Of a stretch of DNA of 64,000 bases, positions 18,873-29,315 are shown piece by piece. Location: positions 32,001-96,000 of the forward strand of contig CAVZMI010000021.1 in the NCBI GenBank assembly GCA_963776275.1, written 5' to 3'. Every line of letters begins with the position of its first letter. The first letter of the stretch is position 1. The translations under genes were made by a program, and so were the position numbers. Under the pieces are notes generated by a model that ran no database searches, was not told the origin of the DNA, and worked only from the letters and a program-made list of their open reading frames with translations. The stretch is from Ignavibacteriota bacterium. Its GTDB lineage: Bacteria > Bacteroidota > Ignavibacteria > UBA10030 > CAVZMI01.

Positions 18873-20150
18873 TCATCGGGTCTTCCGAACTGGAAGCACG
18901 ACCGTAAAGGTCGAGCCGATACCTTTTTCACTTTTTACCGTAATATCACCGCAATGTTTTTTAACAATCCCATAACTGACAGGTAGGCCAAGTCCGGTTC
19001 CTTTGCCCAATCCCTTTGTTGTAAAGTAGGGTTCGAATATATGATTCATGTTCTCAGTAGGTATACCGCACCCTGTGTCGGTGATGCGAACATAGACTTT
19101 CTCGCCATCGGAAAATGTTTCAACCGTCATTTTTCCGTTTCTTTCTATTGCATCGCGGGCATTTAGAAAAAGGTTAAGAAACACTTGCTGTAAATAAATC
19201 ATGTTTCCGTTAATCGCGGGTATTGCCGGGTCGAGCTTTAACTCAATTTCGATCTCATTGGTCCGGAACTGATAACCAAGCAGCGGTAAAATCTGCTCAA
19301 CGGCGGAATTTATGCTGATAGGTTCTATGATAAAATTTTCAGGGACATTCCGGGAAAATTCGACAAGCCGTTTGATAATCTGAACGATGCGGCCTACTTG
19401 TTCTCTTATGACTTCGGTATGTCTAGTTAAATCTTCCCCAAATTGAAGAAGTTGAACATGTCCGAGTAAAATCTGTAGTGGATTGTTAATCTCGTGAACA
19501 ATTCCACCGACAAGCTCTCCGATTGCCGCCAATTTTGTAGTCAATATCATCTGTTCCTGTGAGATTTTAACGTCGTCGTTCACTTTCTGTAAATCACAAC
19601 GATACTTGTAATTTTCGATTGCAACAGCCGCGGTGTTTGCAAGGATTGAAAGAAGTTGAAGATCCCGATGTTGTATTTCTTCCTGCCGTTTCCTGGTATG
19701 AATTAGATACACTCCTATAATCTCATTACGGAGCATCAGCGGAATGATAACAAAGTTTCTCTCGTCATTGCGGTTTAGTTCATCATCAAAATCGGGGACA
19801 ATGATGGTCTTTTTTTCTTTTATAACCCAATCTATGATTCCTTCATCGTGGTGTCGTTGTGCTGTTTTCTGAAGACTTTCCGATACGGGGGTAGAAAATG
19901 ATATTGCCATATTACCGAAGAGACCAGTATAAAATATTCCACTTTCAATAACCGGAAGAACCAGTCGCGTCAGTTCTGTCAGTGTTGATAGAATTTCTTT
20001 TTGTTCTAGCGCTGTGCTGATGGTGTGTGAAAGTCGCTGCATAATGTGACTCTCACGACTTTCGGCTAATTTCTCGCCATCCGGTAAGGCATTTTCAAGA
20101 AGCGCCAGTTCGTTATGTGAAGGTGATACGATATGATTCTTTATTTCCAT
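18873..20150 (-). CDS. Cytoplasmic GAF-domain histidine kinase
   Basis: GAF (IIPLMLRNEIIGV..AAVAIEN), HEINNPL, NARDA, GTGLGL. Confidence 0.9.
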   Translation of the reverse strand: MEIKNHIVSPSHNELALLENALPDGEKLAESRESHIMQRLSHTISTALEQKEILSTLTELTRLVLPVIESGIFYTGLFGNMAISFSTPVSESLQKTAQRHHDEGIIDWVIKEKKTIIVPDFDDELNRNDERNFVIIPLMLRNEIIGVYLIHTRKRQEEIQHRDLQLLSILANTAAVAIENYKYRCDLQKVNDDVKISQEQMILTTKLAAIGELVGGIVHEINNPLQILLGHVQLLQFGEDLTRHTEVIREQVGRIVQIIKRLVEFSRNVPENFIIEPISINSAVEQILPLLGYQFRTNEIEIELKLDPAIPAINGNMIYLQQVFLNLFLNARDAIERNGKMTVETFSDGEKVYVRITDTGCGIPTENMNHIFEPYFTTKGLGKGTGLGLPVSYGIVKKHCGDITVKSEKGIGSTFTVVLPVRKTR

Positions 20151-20158
20151 GGAATTAT

Positions 20159-21031
20159 TTACACCGGATTGGAAAGCGGCGTTGCAGGTTCGAATGCTTC
20201 CCGAAATTTCAGCGTGTAGCTTGTCATAAATTCTTCGAGCGGTAATTTTTCTTTCCTGTGCAATATCCGTAACACATCGGGTGATATGGTAATCAATGAA
20301 TCGAATTCTAAACGCCCGTCGTGACATCGGGTACTCAAAACGTCAACAAAATGAATCAACGCAACGAGTTCGGGATTCATCTTGGCTTTTTCCGGGAAAT
20401 GGTGATAGCGTATTGCTTCTACGAGTTGTTCTGGAAAATTCCATCGTTCGGCCAACCAGCTCCCTATATCAGCATGCGTAACGCCGAATATTTCCTTTTC
20501 AGCATCCATATGGGATACATCATGTGTCCGCATCAATTGTATCACCTCACGAAATTCACGGGGGAAAAACTGTTCCTCAATAATAATTCCAATGTCATGA
20601 AGGAGTCCCGCAACATATGCCTCACCGCTGAGGCGGTAGTTAAACTCAAGCGAAAATTTTCTCGCTGCCGCACCCGTTGCAGCAGCATGATCCCAGAATG
20701 CTTGTGGATCAAATGAGTGTGTGTTGCGTTTGTGGAGCGAATCGAGTAGCGACGCACTTATTATAATTTCTTTGAATGTTTTAAAGCCTACGACAATAAT
20801 AGCGAAATCGATCGTGGAAATTCGACGTGAAAATCCATACAGTGGTGAATTCGCAACCTTCAGGAGTCTAGCCGTCAATACCTGATCTTTTGACACCAGG
20901 TGTGCCAGTGACGCCGCACTTGTCCGCGGATTACTGACCAGTTTTACCACTTCTGTTGATATAGCCGGCAACGCTGGGAGGCGAACAATATTTTGTACTT
21001 TTTCTTTTAGATTTTGAATTCGTTGTATCAC
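20159..21031 (-). CDS. HDOD-domain protein
   Basis: LPALP, DQVLTARLLKVANSPLYG, AGLLHDIG, WNFP..AIRYHH. Confidence 0.93.
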   Translation of the reverse strand: MIQRIQNLKEKVQNIVRLPALPAISTEVVKLVSNPRTSAASLAHLVSKDQVLTARLLKVANSPLYGFSRRISTIDFAIIVVGFKTFKEIIISASLLDSLHKRNTHSFDPQAFWDHAAATGAAARKFSLEFNYRLSGEAYVAGLLHDIGIIIEEQFFPREFREVIQLMRTHDVSHMDAEKEIFGVTHADIGSWLAERWNFPEQLVEAIRYHHFPEKAKMNPELVALIHFVDVLSTRCHDGRLEFDSLITISPDVLRILHRKEKLPLEEFMTSYTLKFREAFEPATPLSNPV

Positions 21032-21043
21032 GAGACTGCCGGA

Positions 21044-21796
21044 TTATAAAAGAACATTTTTCATTGTATTTTGCAACGTATGGATCGCTTCGGTATGAAT
21101 TTGTGAAACCCGGGATTCGGAAATATCAAGAACCTTCCCGATTTCTTTAAACGTCAACTCTTCATAATAATATAGGCTTAAGACAAGCCGGGGTTTCTCT
21201 CCCAGATCTTTCAACGCATCAATAATTAATTCACGGATTTCATTGTTGGCGATTGCATCGATTATATTTTCTCCATCGTCGGCGCTTATGATTTCATGCA
21301 ATGTCGTCTGGTCGGCACCGGCGTATGTCCGATCAAGCGACAACATCGGCATATAGGCGGTTTTTGTAGCCAACGAGTGATACTCCTCAACGCTGACCGA
21401 CAGCTCGTCGGCAATATCCTTTGAATTGACTTCATCGCCATGAGTATGTTCAAGACGACGAATAGTCTCGTTCAACTGGCGTGATTTCTTTCTAATAGAC
21501 CGGGGCAGCCAGTCGAGCTTACGCAGTTCATCAATGATAATCCCTTTAATCCTGGGAATAGCATATGTTTCAAATTTAATTCCGCGTTCCGGTTGGAAAC
21601 GATCAATGGCATCGCTCAGACCAAGCATGCCATAATTGACCAGATCGGCTTCTTCTAAAACATTCGGCAATGAAAGACTCGAATGGTGGATGACATATTT
21701 CACAAGACCGGTATATCGAACCATTAATTTTCTCTTGACGTTCTGATTATGCCGAGTCGTATACGATTTCCACATCTCATCATGATTGGGTGCCAT
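21044..21796 (-). CDS. fliA: FliA/WhiG-family sigma-28 factor
   Basis: GIKFETYAIPRIKG..DELRKLDWLPRS; YYYEELTFKEIGKVLDISESRVSQIH. Confidence 0.92.
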   Translation of the reverse strand: MAPNHDEMWKSYTTRHNQNVKRKLMVRYTGLVKYVIHHSSLSLPNVLEEADLVNYGMLGLSDAIDRFQPERGIKFETYAIPRIKGIIIDELRKLDWLPRSIRKKSRQLNETIRRLEHTHGDEVNSKDIADELSVSVEEYHSLATKTAYMPMLSLDRTYAGADQTTLHEIISADDGENIIDAIANNEIRELIIDALKDLGEKPRLVLSLYYYEELTFKEIGKVLDISESRVSQIHTEAIHTLQNTMKNVLL

Positions 21797-21882
21797 GGGT
21801 CTACCCTCTGGTAATAATTATTCTGAGTCGCTCTTTTTCTGTTTACTTTTCAAAATAGATTCAACACGTTTGATATCAAAAT

Positions 21883-21934
21883 TACAAAGACCGTACCAAA
21901 GGGTAGGAAATTTGATCATTGTAAGGTATTGATA
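21883..21934 (-). promoter_or_regulatory. Candidate sigma54 promoter plus IHF site upstream of fliA
   Basis: Minus strand TTGGTAC-GGTCT-TTGTA (21883-21899); TAAGGTATTGATA (21922-21934) fits YAANNNNTTGATW. Confidence 0.45.
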
Positions 21935-22065
21935 AATAATAAGTTGCAAGGCCAGATAACCGGCTTCTTAAAGTGCACCCAATTATCCATTGAAAAGAAG
22001 GCTAATATTGGCCAGGTGGCGGTCTTTCTGAATTATGGATAGTGTACGGTAAGTGACGTATTGAG

Positions 22066-23157
22066 TTAATGCAGGACAATCGATGTGAGTATTTCTGGTA
22101 TCTGTTCAAGGGGAGCGATTACATCACTGAGACCGGCTTCGACGGCAGCTCGCGGCATGCCATACACAACGCAAGTTTCTTCATTCTGGGCGATGACATA
22201 CCCACTTCTCTGTTTAATCAGCTTAAGTCCTTCGAGGCCGTCTTTCCCCATCCCGGTCATAATAATCCCAAGTACGCCGGGCCCAAAGACTTCCGCTGCG
22301 GATATCATCATTACATCGACTGAAGGACGATGAAGAGTCTTTGTAGGTTCTTCAGAGAGATGAACTGCGACACTTCTTATATCATTTCTTCTGAAAGTCA
22401 GATGAAGACCTCCGGGAGCAACCAGAGCAACGCCTTCTTGCACAATGTCTCCTTCCTCAGCTTCTTTAACGGTAAGCTCGCTGAGATTATTTAAACGATC
22501 GGCAAGTGACTTTGTAAACTTTGGTGGCATATGTTGAACAATGACGATTCCCTTAGGAAACGTTTTTGGTATTTTCGGTAAGAGAGCATGAAGTGCAAAT
22601 GGACCTCCTGTAGATACTCCGATAGCGACCACCGGGAATTCGATACCGGGAGAAGTACCATTCCACCCCGCGGCAGTAACAATACTTGGCGTTTCAGGTT
22701 CTTCGACGGACGGGCGTGGAGCGCGTAAACGTGAAAATCGTTTCCGAAGGCAACGACTTTGAAAAATTTCGTGGACTTTTTCAAGAAGGTCATTCTTAAT
22801 TTTTACGATGTCAAGCGATACATACGAAAGCTGTTTAGGAATAAAATCGACTGCACCCAGCTCCATTCCTCTGATTGTCGCTTCCGCCCCCTCAGTTGTC
22901 ATTGAACTCACCATCAGAACGGGAAGGGGGCATTCTTTCATGATGATCTGCAGGGCTGTCAGGCCATCCATACGCGGCATTTCGATATCCAGGGTAACAA
23001 TATCGGGTTTCAGCTGCTGTATTTTATCGATGCCATCTTGTCCATCACGTGCAGTACCGATGACTTTTATGCCCGGATCCGATTCAAGAAGCAATGAAAG
23101 CGATTTCCTCATGAATGCTGAATCATCAATCACAAGAACACGAATTTGTTCGCTCAT
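22066..23157 (-). CDS. cheB: Chemotaxis methylesterase CheB
   Basis: REC domain plus GVSTGGP, VQHMP, RPSVD, TGMGKDG. Confidence 0.97.
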   Translation of the reverse strand: MSEQIRVLVIDDSAFMRKSLSLLLESDPGIKVIGTARDGQDGIDKIQQLKPDIVTLDIEMPRMDGLTALQIIMKECPLPVLMVSSMTTEGAEATIRGMELGAVDFIPKQLSYVSLDIVKIKNDLLEKVHEIFQSRCLRKRFSRLRAPRPSVEEPETPSIVTAAGWNGTSPGIEFPVVAIGVSTGGPFALHALLPKIPKTFPKGIVIVQHMPPKFTKSLADRLNNLSELTVKEAEEGDIVQEGVALVAPGGLHLTFRRNDIRSVAVHLSEEPTKTLHRPSVDVMMISAAEVFGPGVLGIIMTGMGKDGLEGLKLIKQRSGYVIAQNEETCVVYGMPRAAVEAGLSDVIAPLEQIPEILTSIVLH

Positions 23158-24917
23158 TGATTGTCTTTCTTCGAAGACCCTACAAGTTTAATCAATTCGC
23201 CAATATCGATAATCATTTTCACGGTTCCATCACCAAGGATGGTGGAGCCCGCAATCCCCTCAATATTCCCGAGATAGCCTCCCAGAGATTTAATAACAAC
23301 CTCTTTTTGGCCCAACAAGGAATCTACAGCGATGCCGACCCGGGTTTCTGCTAAACCGATTACGACGACGTGCAGGCGGTTACTCTTTCTAGCTTCACCC
23401 GGAACATGGAATATATTGTCGATGCGAACTAATGGAAGAACAGCATTCCTAATGCGAATAACCTCTTTTCCATTAATCGTATCGATTTCATCCGTTGTAA
23501 TCCGGACAACTTCGATTACGGAACTCAATGGAATGACAAAAATCTCCTGTTTCACCTGGACAAGGAGACTCTGAATGATTGCTAATGTGAGAGGTAATTT
23601 GATGACAATCTTGGTACCAATTCCAACATCAGACTCAACATCAATGAGACCATTCAGACGCGTTATATTCGTCCGCACAACGTCCATTCCTACACCTCGT
23701 CCGGATATATTGGTCACTTTCGTTGCAGTACTGAATCCCGGCAGGAATATCAGGTTAAACGCATCGCGCCCCGTCATAACGGCGCCTTCGGCTTCGGTTA
23801 GGAGTCCTTTTTCAATTGCCTTTGCTTTCAGTACTTCCGGATCCATACCGCGGCCATCATCCTCTATGTTGATGACGATATGGTTCCCCTCGTGTTCGGC
23901 TTTAAGCCATATCGTACCGCGTCGCGATTTTCCAAGTGATTGGCGTTCTGCCGGAGATTCAATCGCATGGGTCACCGAATTCCTTAAAATATGGATCAAC
24001 GGATCGTTGATTTCTTCGATGATAGACTTGTCGAGTTCGGTTTCTTCACCTGTAATAACCAGATCGATCTCTTTATTCGCATCATGTGCCAGGTCGCGGA
24101 TAAGCCTGGGAAATTTATTAAAGACTCGTCCAATCGGCACCATTCGGGTTTTCATAATAGCCGATTGAAGCTCTGTTGTAATAAAATCGATTTGTGATGA
24201 AGTTTCCACTAGTTCTTTAGCCAGTTCTTCATTCTCGTGCTCACTACCAATCAAGAAGCTAATTTGTGCCAGTCTGTTTCGCCCGAGGACTAGTTCGCCG
24301 ACAAGATTCATAAGATTATCAAGTCGTTGAACATCGACACGTATTGTTGTGTCCGATGTTCTATCGGTCTTCGTTGCTGTCGGTTGAAGTGTTTCTTCCT
24401 CCTGATTATCGCTTTTGAGATTCGCTGTGATATCAGTTAGGGCTTTGGATACGGTATATTCTTCCTGCGAATCGGCGACGGGTTGGGCGGATTTTGCAGT
24501 CTGATGTTCACTGAGTGCGTCGAGTTTTGTCAGGACATCGTTCAGATTAATCGGTGTCATATCACTAGATTGGATCTTTTGGAGCAGTACCTTCATCGTA
24601 TCGAACGCGCAGAAGCTTCCATCGATCAATTCGGGGGTAATTTGCAGCTCATTTTTCCGCAGTTTATTTAGAACCTCTTCAAATTTATGGGTAAGTTCAG
24701 ACATCTGATCGAATCCCAGAAAACCGGAGGTTCCTTTCACTGTATGTGCGGCTCTGAATATTCTATTGAGCAAATCAGAATTTGTCGAGCCGCGTTCTAG
24801 CTCCAGGAGATCCTGATCAAGTCCTTCAATAATCTCGCGTGTTTCGACAATAAAGCTCTCGATGATTTCTTTCATCTCATCGTCGAGGAGGCCCGATGAA
24901 TTTTTTGTGTCAGCCAT
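23154..24917 (-). CDS. cheA: Chemotaxis histidine kinase CheA
   Basis: IFRAAHTVKG, LDNLMNLVGELV, SGRGVGMDVV, C-terminal CheW domain. Confidence 0.97.
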   Translation of the reverse strand: MADTKNSSGLLDDEMKEIIESFIVETREIIEGLDQDLLELERGSTNSDLLNRIFRAAHTVKGTSGFLGFDQMSELTHKFEEVLNKLRKNELQITPELIDGSFCAFDTMKVLLQKIQSSDMTPINLNDVLTKLDALSEHQTAKSAQPVADSQEEYTVSKALTDITANLKSDNQEEETLQPTATKTDRTSDTTIRVDVQRLDNLMNLVGELVLGRNRLAQISFLIGSEHENEELAKELVETSSQIDFITTELQSAIMKTRMVPIGRVFNKFPRLIRDLAHDANKEIDLVITGEETELDKSIIEEINDPLIHILRNSVTHAIESPAERQSLGKSRRGTIWLKAEHEGNHIVINIEDDGRGMDPEVLKAKAIEKGLLTEAEGAVMTGRDAFNLIFLPGFSTATKVTNISGRGVGMDVVRTNITRLNGLIDVESDVGIGTKIVIKLPLTLAIIQSLLVQVKQEIFVIPLSSVIEVVRITTDEIDTINGKEVIRIRNAVLPLVRIDNIFHVPGEARKSNRLHVVVIGLAETRVGIAVDSLLGQKEVVIKSLGGYLGNIEGIAGSTILGDGTVKMIIDIGELIKLVGSSKKDNQ

Positions 24918-24934
24918 GACGTGGGACCTTCGAA

Positions 24935-25654
24935 TTATTTCTCTTTGAACATCCGGTCGATTTCGTTTTGTGACTCAATTTCGCTCTCTGGAAGAACGTC
25001 ATGTGAAAGAGTCTTGCTCGATTGTCGGGCAATATAGTCGGACAATTTCTTCCGTGAGGAATCGGGTATGACACTCTGGAATTCAGCCCCATAGAATTTT
25101 TGGAGGATGATTGTTAATCGATTATGAACCGAATCGATTAGATGGTTAATGGCCTCGATGTGCTGCGCCATGATATCTTGCACCTGCAGCGACATTACGA
25201 TATTTGTCGAATCGCCCTGAATGCTCTCGACCCTCTTAAGCATTGACTGTACGGCCTCATCAATTGGTGGTAGAGATTCATACTCCTGCCAGAGGTTCTG
25301 TAATCGAGGTAATAAAGTAGCCGCATCGTCCTCAGTGAATCCCGTGAGGATAGTGCGTATTTCATCTTGAAGTTCTTTTCGCCTTGGTGTAGAATCGGAT
25401 ATCATTAATAATTCCCCCAAGAACAAGCTGATATTTTCATTCAGGCGATCGACGACACTCAGTATTTCCGCTGTCACGCGTTCATTTCGTTCGGTAACCT
25501 TGTTTAGATTTGTTGAAACATGAGGAATCTTTTTCAAACTTTCGTGAACCATCAGAATAATATCCTCAATGACAGGGAGCAGATTATGATAACCGAACGG
25601 CGGTTTCTGTTCATCAACACGCCCTGATACATCCGTGTGATCATGTTCGTTCAT
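24935..25654 (-). CDS. cheZ: CheZ-like phosphatase
   Basis: SLQVQDIMAQHI (DxxxQ) and C-terminal SQNEIDRMF helix; lies between cheY and cheA. Confidence 0.7.
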   Translation of the reverse strand: MNEHDHTDVSGRVDEQKPPFGYHNLLPVIEDIILMVHESLKKIPHVSTNLNKVTERNERVTAEILSVVDRLNENISLFLGELLMISDSTPRRKELQDEIRTILTGFTEDDAATLLPRLQNLWQEYESLPPIDEAVQSMLKRVESIQGDSTNIVMSLQVQDIMAQHIEAINHLIDSVHNRLTIILQKFYGAEFQSVIPDSSRKKLSDYIARQSSKTLSHDVLPESEIESQNEIDRMFKEK

Positions 25655-25669
25655 GGTACCTCCCTCAAT

Positions 25670-26044
25670 CTAAGCGTTCCGTAATATTTGTTCGATTTTA
25701 TCCTTCAAGAGCTCTGGTGTGAAGGGTTTGATGATATAGTTATTCACGCGCGCCTGAAGTGCTTCCACGATATCTTGTTTTACTCCACGTGTGGTTATCA
25801 TAAGAATCGGGATATGTTGAATATCTGTTTCCGAGCGGACGGCTCTGGTGAATTCGAGCCCGCTCATATTCGGCATATTCCAGTCTGTGATGATAAAATC
25901 GATTTTATCAGTCATAAGCTTTTCGAGAGCATCTTTCCCATCGGAGGCTTCAATGACATCGTTATATCCGCCCTCTTTTAGAGCGTTAAGCACAATGCGA
26001 CGCATTGTTGCCGAATCGTCAACGACAAGTATCTTCAACCCCAT
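25670..26044 (-). CDS. cheY: Chemotaxis response regulator CheY
   Basis: LVVDDSATMRRI, TDWNMPNMSG, YIIKPFT. Confidence 0.93.
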   Translation of the reverse strand: MGLKILVVDDSATMRRIVLNALKEGGYNDVIEASDGKDALEKLMTDKIDFIITDWNMPNMSGLEFTRAVRSETDIQHIPILMITTRGVKQDIVEALQARVNNYIIKPFTPELLKDKIEQILRNA

Positions 26045-26062
26045 ACCATTCCTCCTTGGAAA

Positions 26063-26428
26063 TTAATTCAGGTATTTCGACACTTCATACTGAATTCGTT
26101 TTGGATTGAATGGTTTCACAAGATACGAATTCGCCCCGAGCATCAATCCCCTTTGAATATCGTCTTCATTTGCCAGAGATGAGAGAATAATCACGGGTAT
26201 CCAACGGTATTCTTCCGTTTCACGCAACGTGCGGATGAATTCAAATCCATCCACATTCGGCATATTGAGATCTGTGATAATCAGATCGATGTGTTCTGAC
26301 GGAAGACGCTCGAGGGCTTCCATGCCATCCGATACAGTCAGTACCCGGTAACCAAGTTCTCTCAATGCAAATGTTACAAATTTCCGGATTGAGGTGGAAT
26401 CATCTGCCACGAGAATAACTTTTTCCAT
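26063..26428 (-). CDS. CheY-like single-domain response regulator
   Basis: LVADDS, TDLNMP, YLVKPF. Confidence 0.9.
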   Translation of the reverse strand: MEKVILVADDSTSIRKFVTFALRELGYRVLTVSDGMEALERLPSEHIDLIITDLNMPNVDGFEFIRTLRETEEYRWIPVIILSSLANEDDIQRGLMLGANSYLVKPFNPKRIQYEVSKYLN

Positions 26429-26436
26429 AATGTATT

Positions 26437-27328
26437 TCACTCCTTCTTATAGGCGAGTGTTTTTGGATAATGGACAAGTTTAAATGCCTTTGTGATACCG
26501 TGCAACGACTCAGAGTATCCTATAAAGAGATATCCACCACGGTCCAGACTGTTATAGAGATCGGCAATTACTTGCTTTTTTGAATTCAAATCAAAGTAAA
26601 TCAGAACGTTACAGCAGAAGATAACATCGAAGTCGGACATTCTTCTCATCTGCTGTTGATCATAGAGATTCAGCGTATCAAACCGAACCAGATCTTTCAC
26701 ATCGTTATGAAGATAATATTTCCCATCCATGACGGAAAAATACTTATCGAGATAGAGTTTCGGAGCATTTCGGATTGAATAATCCCGATACACTCCGTCC
26801 TGTGCAGTTTCAAGCATTTGCGAATTTATATCGGTTCCAATGATTTCCAGCTCAATACCCGGATAGCGCGGTTTAATTTTTTCCAGATAAATCATTGCCA
26901 TTGTATATGCTTCTTCGCCGCTCGAACATGCGGCACTCCAGAAGCGAAGAAGTCGTTTTCCGGCTGATTTTTTTGCAAGAATGATCTCATTTACGATCTG
27001 CGTCTCCAGGGCATTGAATTGCGGTTCATTCCGGAAAAAACTAGTCTCATTGATCGTGATCGACTCGTAGAGGATTTTTAATTCCTCTTGCCGTTCCACT
27101 CCGGATTGTATCAACCTCAGATATTCGTCATAATCCTTTATTTCTAGGACATCAAGACGCTTTGCCAGAACGTCCTTCAAGAAGGTACTTTTTATTGTCT
27201 GTGAAAAATATTCCGCATTGTGAATAGATAAAATCCCGGATAGCACGAAATTTATCGTCGGGCATTTTTGGTCCCGGCGGTGAAAAAGTCGGCATTGTTG
27301 CTACCGCGGGAAACGGTTGAAAAGTCAT
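26437..27328 (-). CDS. cheR: Chemotaxis methyltransferase CheR, frameshift near 27170
   Basis: Upstream frame DKFRAIRDFIYSQCGIFF..KKYLLEGR joins LAKRL if one T is removed; TINETSFFR, WSAACSSGEEAY, NVLIYFD. Confidence 0.92.
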
Positions 27329-27349
27329 TCGTCACCTCGATGTACCATA

Positions 27350-28744
27350 CTATTGCGGAATTGTAAGTCGTTCCAACGATCGTTGAGCAAATTCTCGAAC
27401 GATCTCCGATTCATCATTCACTGCTGTCGCCAAATATTCGCGGAGTTGCATATCGCCTACATGTTCCAATAATTCTAAGGCATGAATCCGAACCCAGGGT
27501 TCATAGTCTTTGAGCGAATCCCGGATTATCGGAAGCGCTCTTTCAGTATCAAGCATCATAAGAAGATCGAGTGACCCAAAACGCATCTCGCCTGTCAGCT
27601 CACCCCATATCCGCATAAGAGCTTCAAACGCGCGATCAATCAGCTGGAGAAGATCGCCGTCCTCGGTATCTGAATCTCGCGATTCAACAATATCTTTCAA
27701 TATGAGCGCGAGAAGTTGGATCAGTGTAACATGGGATGGTTCGAACTCCTTTTCCAGTGTCTCGACCAACGCACTGAATGCTTGGTACGGTCTCTGGTGA
27801 AAGATGTTTGAAATAATGTTATTAAATTCCTCATCATTTCCCACCGCCCGGATCATGGCGTTAAAAGCACGCCGTGTTGTAAATTGAGATAATCCCCGAA
27901 GGGCAGAGAGACGAATATCGCGTTCCTCATCTTCAAGTGCTTCAATGAAATATGTTTCAAAAGTTTCAGGAAACTGGAGATCGATCCCCTGCTGTTGGAC
28001 AATTCCGACGACTGCCCGAAGAATCACCCGTCGCATTTCACCCGTATGTTCCGAGATTTTCTCCATCAGGGGATAGAGTGCCTGCTGTGTTCCGAGGTTT
28101 CCCAGCGCTTCTATAATTGCAAATTGTACCAGTGAATCTTCGGTTGCGATGCTTCGGAGTAAAAAATCACCTGCTTTCTCGCCACCAATTTTCCCGAGCG
28201 CCTCGGCGATCGAGGCGCGAAGTCCTTCTTCCGCACCGTAGAGAACAATGAGTGAGTGTACTGCCCGTTCGTCCCGAATATTTCCAAGGGCTTCAACGAC
28301 TCCATATCGGACATTCTCATTGTGATCATTGATAAGATTGATCAGCGGATCAACGGCTCGCGGTTGTTGGATCAGACCTAGAATGTCGACCGTAAATTTC
28401 CGAGTGTCAGGATCTTCATGCGAAAGATATGGGAGGAGGGCATCGATGGCAATACCACCCATTTCAATGAGCAATTCTCCTGCAAGGTTCCTAACGGCCA
28501 CATTATCGTCATGGATATAATGAGTGATAGCCCGCGCAGCATCGTCTGATTTAAATGTATAAAGGCTATGGGCAACCGCATCACGAACCCCTTTATTGTC
28601 ATCGCATAGTTTTAATGCAAGCGCAGAGATCACAGTAGACGATAGTTCGCCATCACCGAGCATCTCCGCTGCAATACGACGCTCTTCAGGGTCGGCACTC
28701 TGCAATTGATCAATAAGATCGTGATTCGTCGGTTCCACGGTCAC
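27350..28744 (-). CDS. HEAT-repeat protein
   Basis: Repeated VR..A.EALG.I..A...L motifs. Confidence 0.88.
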   Translation of the reverse strand: MTVEPTNHDLIDQLQSADPEERRIAAEMLGDGELSSTVISALALKLCDDNKGVRDAVAHSLYTFKSDDAARAITHYIHDDNVAVRNLAGELLIEMGGIAIDALLPYLSHEDPDTRKFTVDILGLIQQPRAVDPLINLINDHNENVRYGVVEALGNIRDERAVHSLIVLYGAEEGLRASIAEALGKIGGEKAGDFLLRSIATEDSLVQFAIIEALGNLGTQQALYPLMEKISEHTGEMRRVILRAVVGIVQQQGIDLQFPETFETYFIEALEDEERDIRLSALRGLSQFTTRRAFNAMIRAVGNDEEFNNIISNIFHQRPYQAFSALVETLEKEFEPSHVTLIQLLALILKDIVESRDSDTEDGDLLQLIDRAFEALMRIWGELTGEMRFGSLDLLMMLDTERALPIIRDSLKDYEPWVRIHALELLEHVGDMQLREYLATAVNDESEIVREFAQRSLERLTIPQ

Positions 28745-28797
28745 TCCTTTTTTTCACTCTGCAGTTGCACGCATTTCAATAAATCGTAATTTCTTCA

Positions 28798-29289
28798 TCA
28801 GACGACCTCTTTCAGCGAGATATGTTCTTCAATCGAGAAGACCTTCTCGAGATCAAGTAAAATTAATAGCCGGTCTTCGAGTTTTCCGACTGCAGTAATA
28901 TAATCAGCATGAATTCCTGCAACGATAGTCGGAGGCGGCTCGATGACGCTACGCTGTATCCGTAGTACTTCACTCACTGCGTCGACAACAAAGCCTACAA
29001 CGCTACTCTTGAGTTCAACGACGATGATTCTTGTATTTTTGTCATGCTCTTTTCGTTGCATCCCGAACCGGGTCCGAAGATCAATAATCGGAATCACCTT
29101 TCCGCGAAGGTTGATGACACCGTCGACAAAGGGTGGTGAATTCGGAACTGCAGTCACTGTCACCATCCGGTTTATTTCCTGAACCTTAAGGATCTCGACT
29201 CCAAATTCCTCGCCGCCAATAGTGAAGCTCACAAGCTGTAACATCTCTTCAGAGCTTCCTTCAACATTTTTTCCTATTGTACTGGTCAT
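28798..29289 (-). CDS. cheW: Chemotaxis adaptor CheW
   Basis: VQEINRM..VPNSP.FVDGVINLRGKVIP. Confidence 0.96.
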   Translation of the reverse strand: MTSTIGKNVEGSSEEMLQLVSFTIGGEEFGVEILKVQEINRMVTVTAVPNSPPFVDGVINLRGKVIPIIDLRTRFGMQRKEHDKNTRIIVVELKSSVVGFVVDAVSEVLRIQRSVIEPPPTIVAGIHADYITAVGKLEDRLLILLDLEKVFSIEEHISLKEVV

Positions 29290-29315
29290 AGATGCTCCTT
29301 CATCAGCATGTCAAA

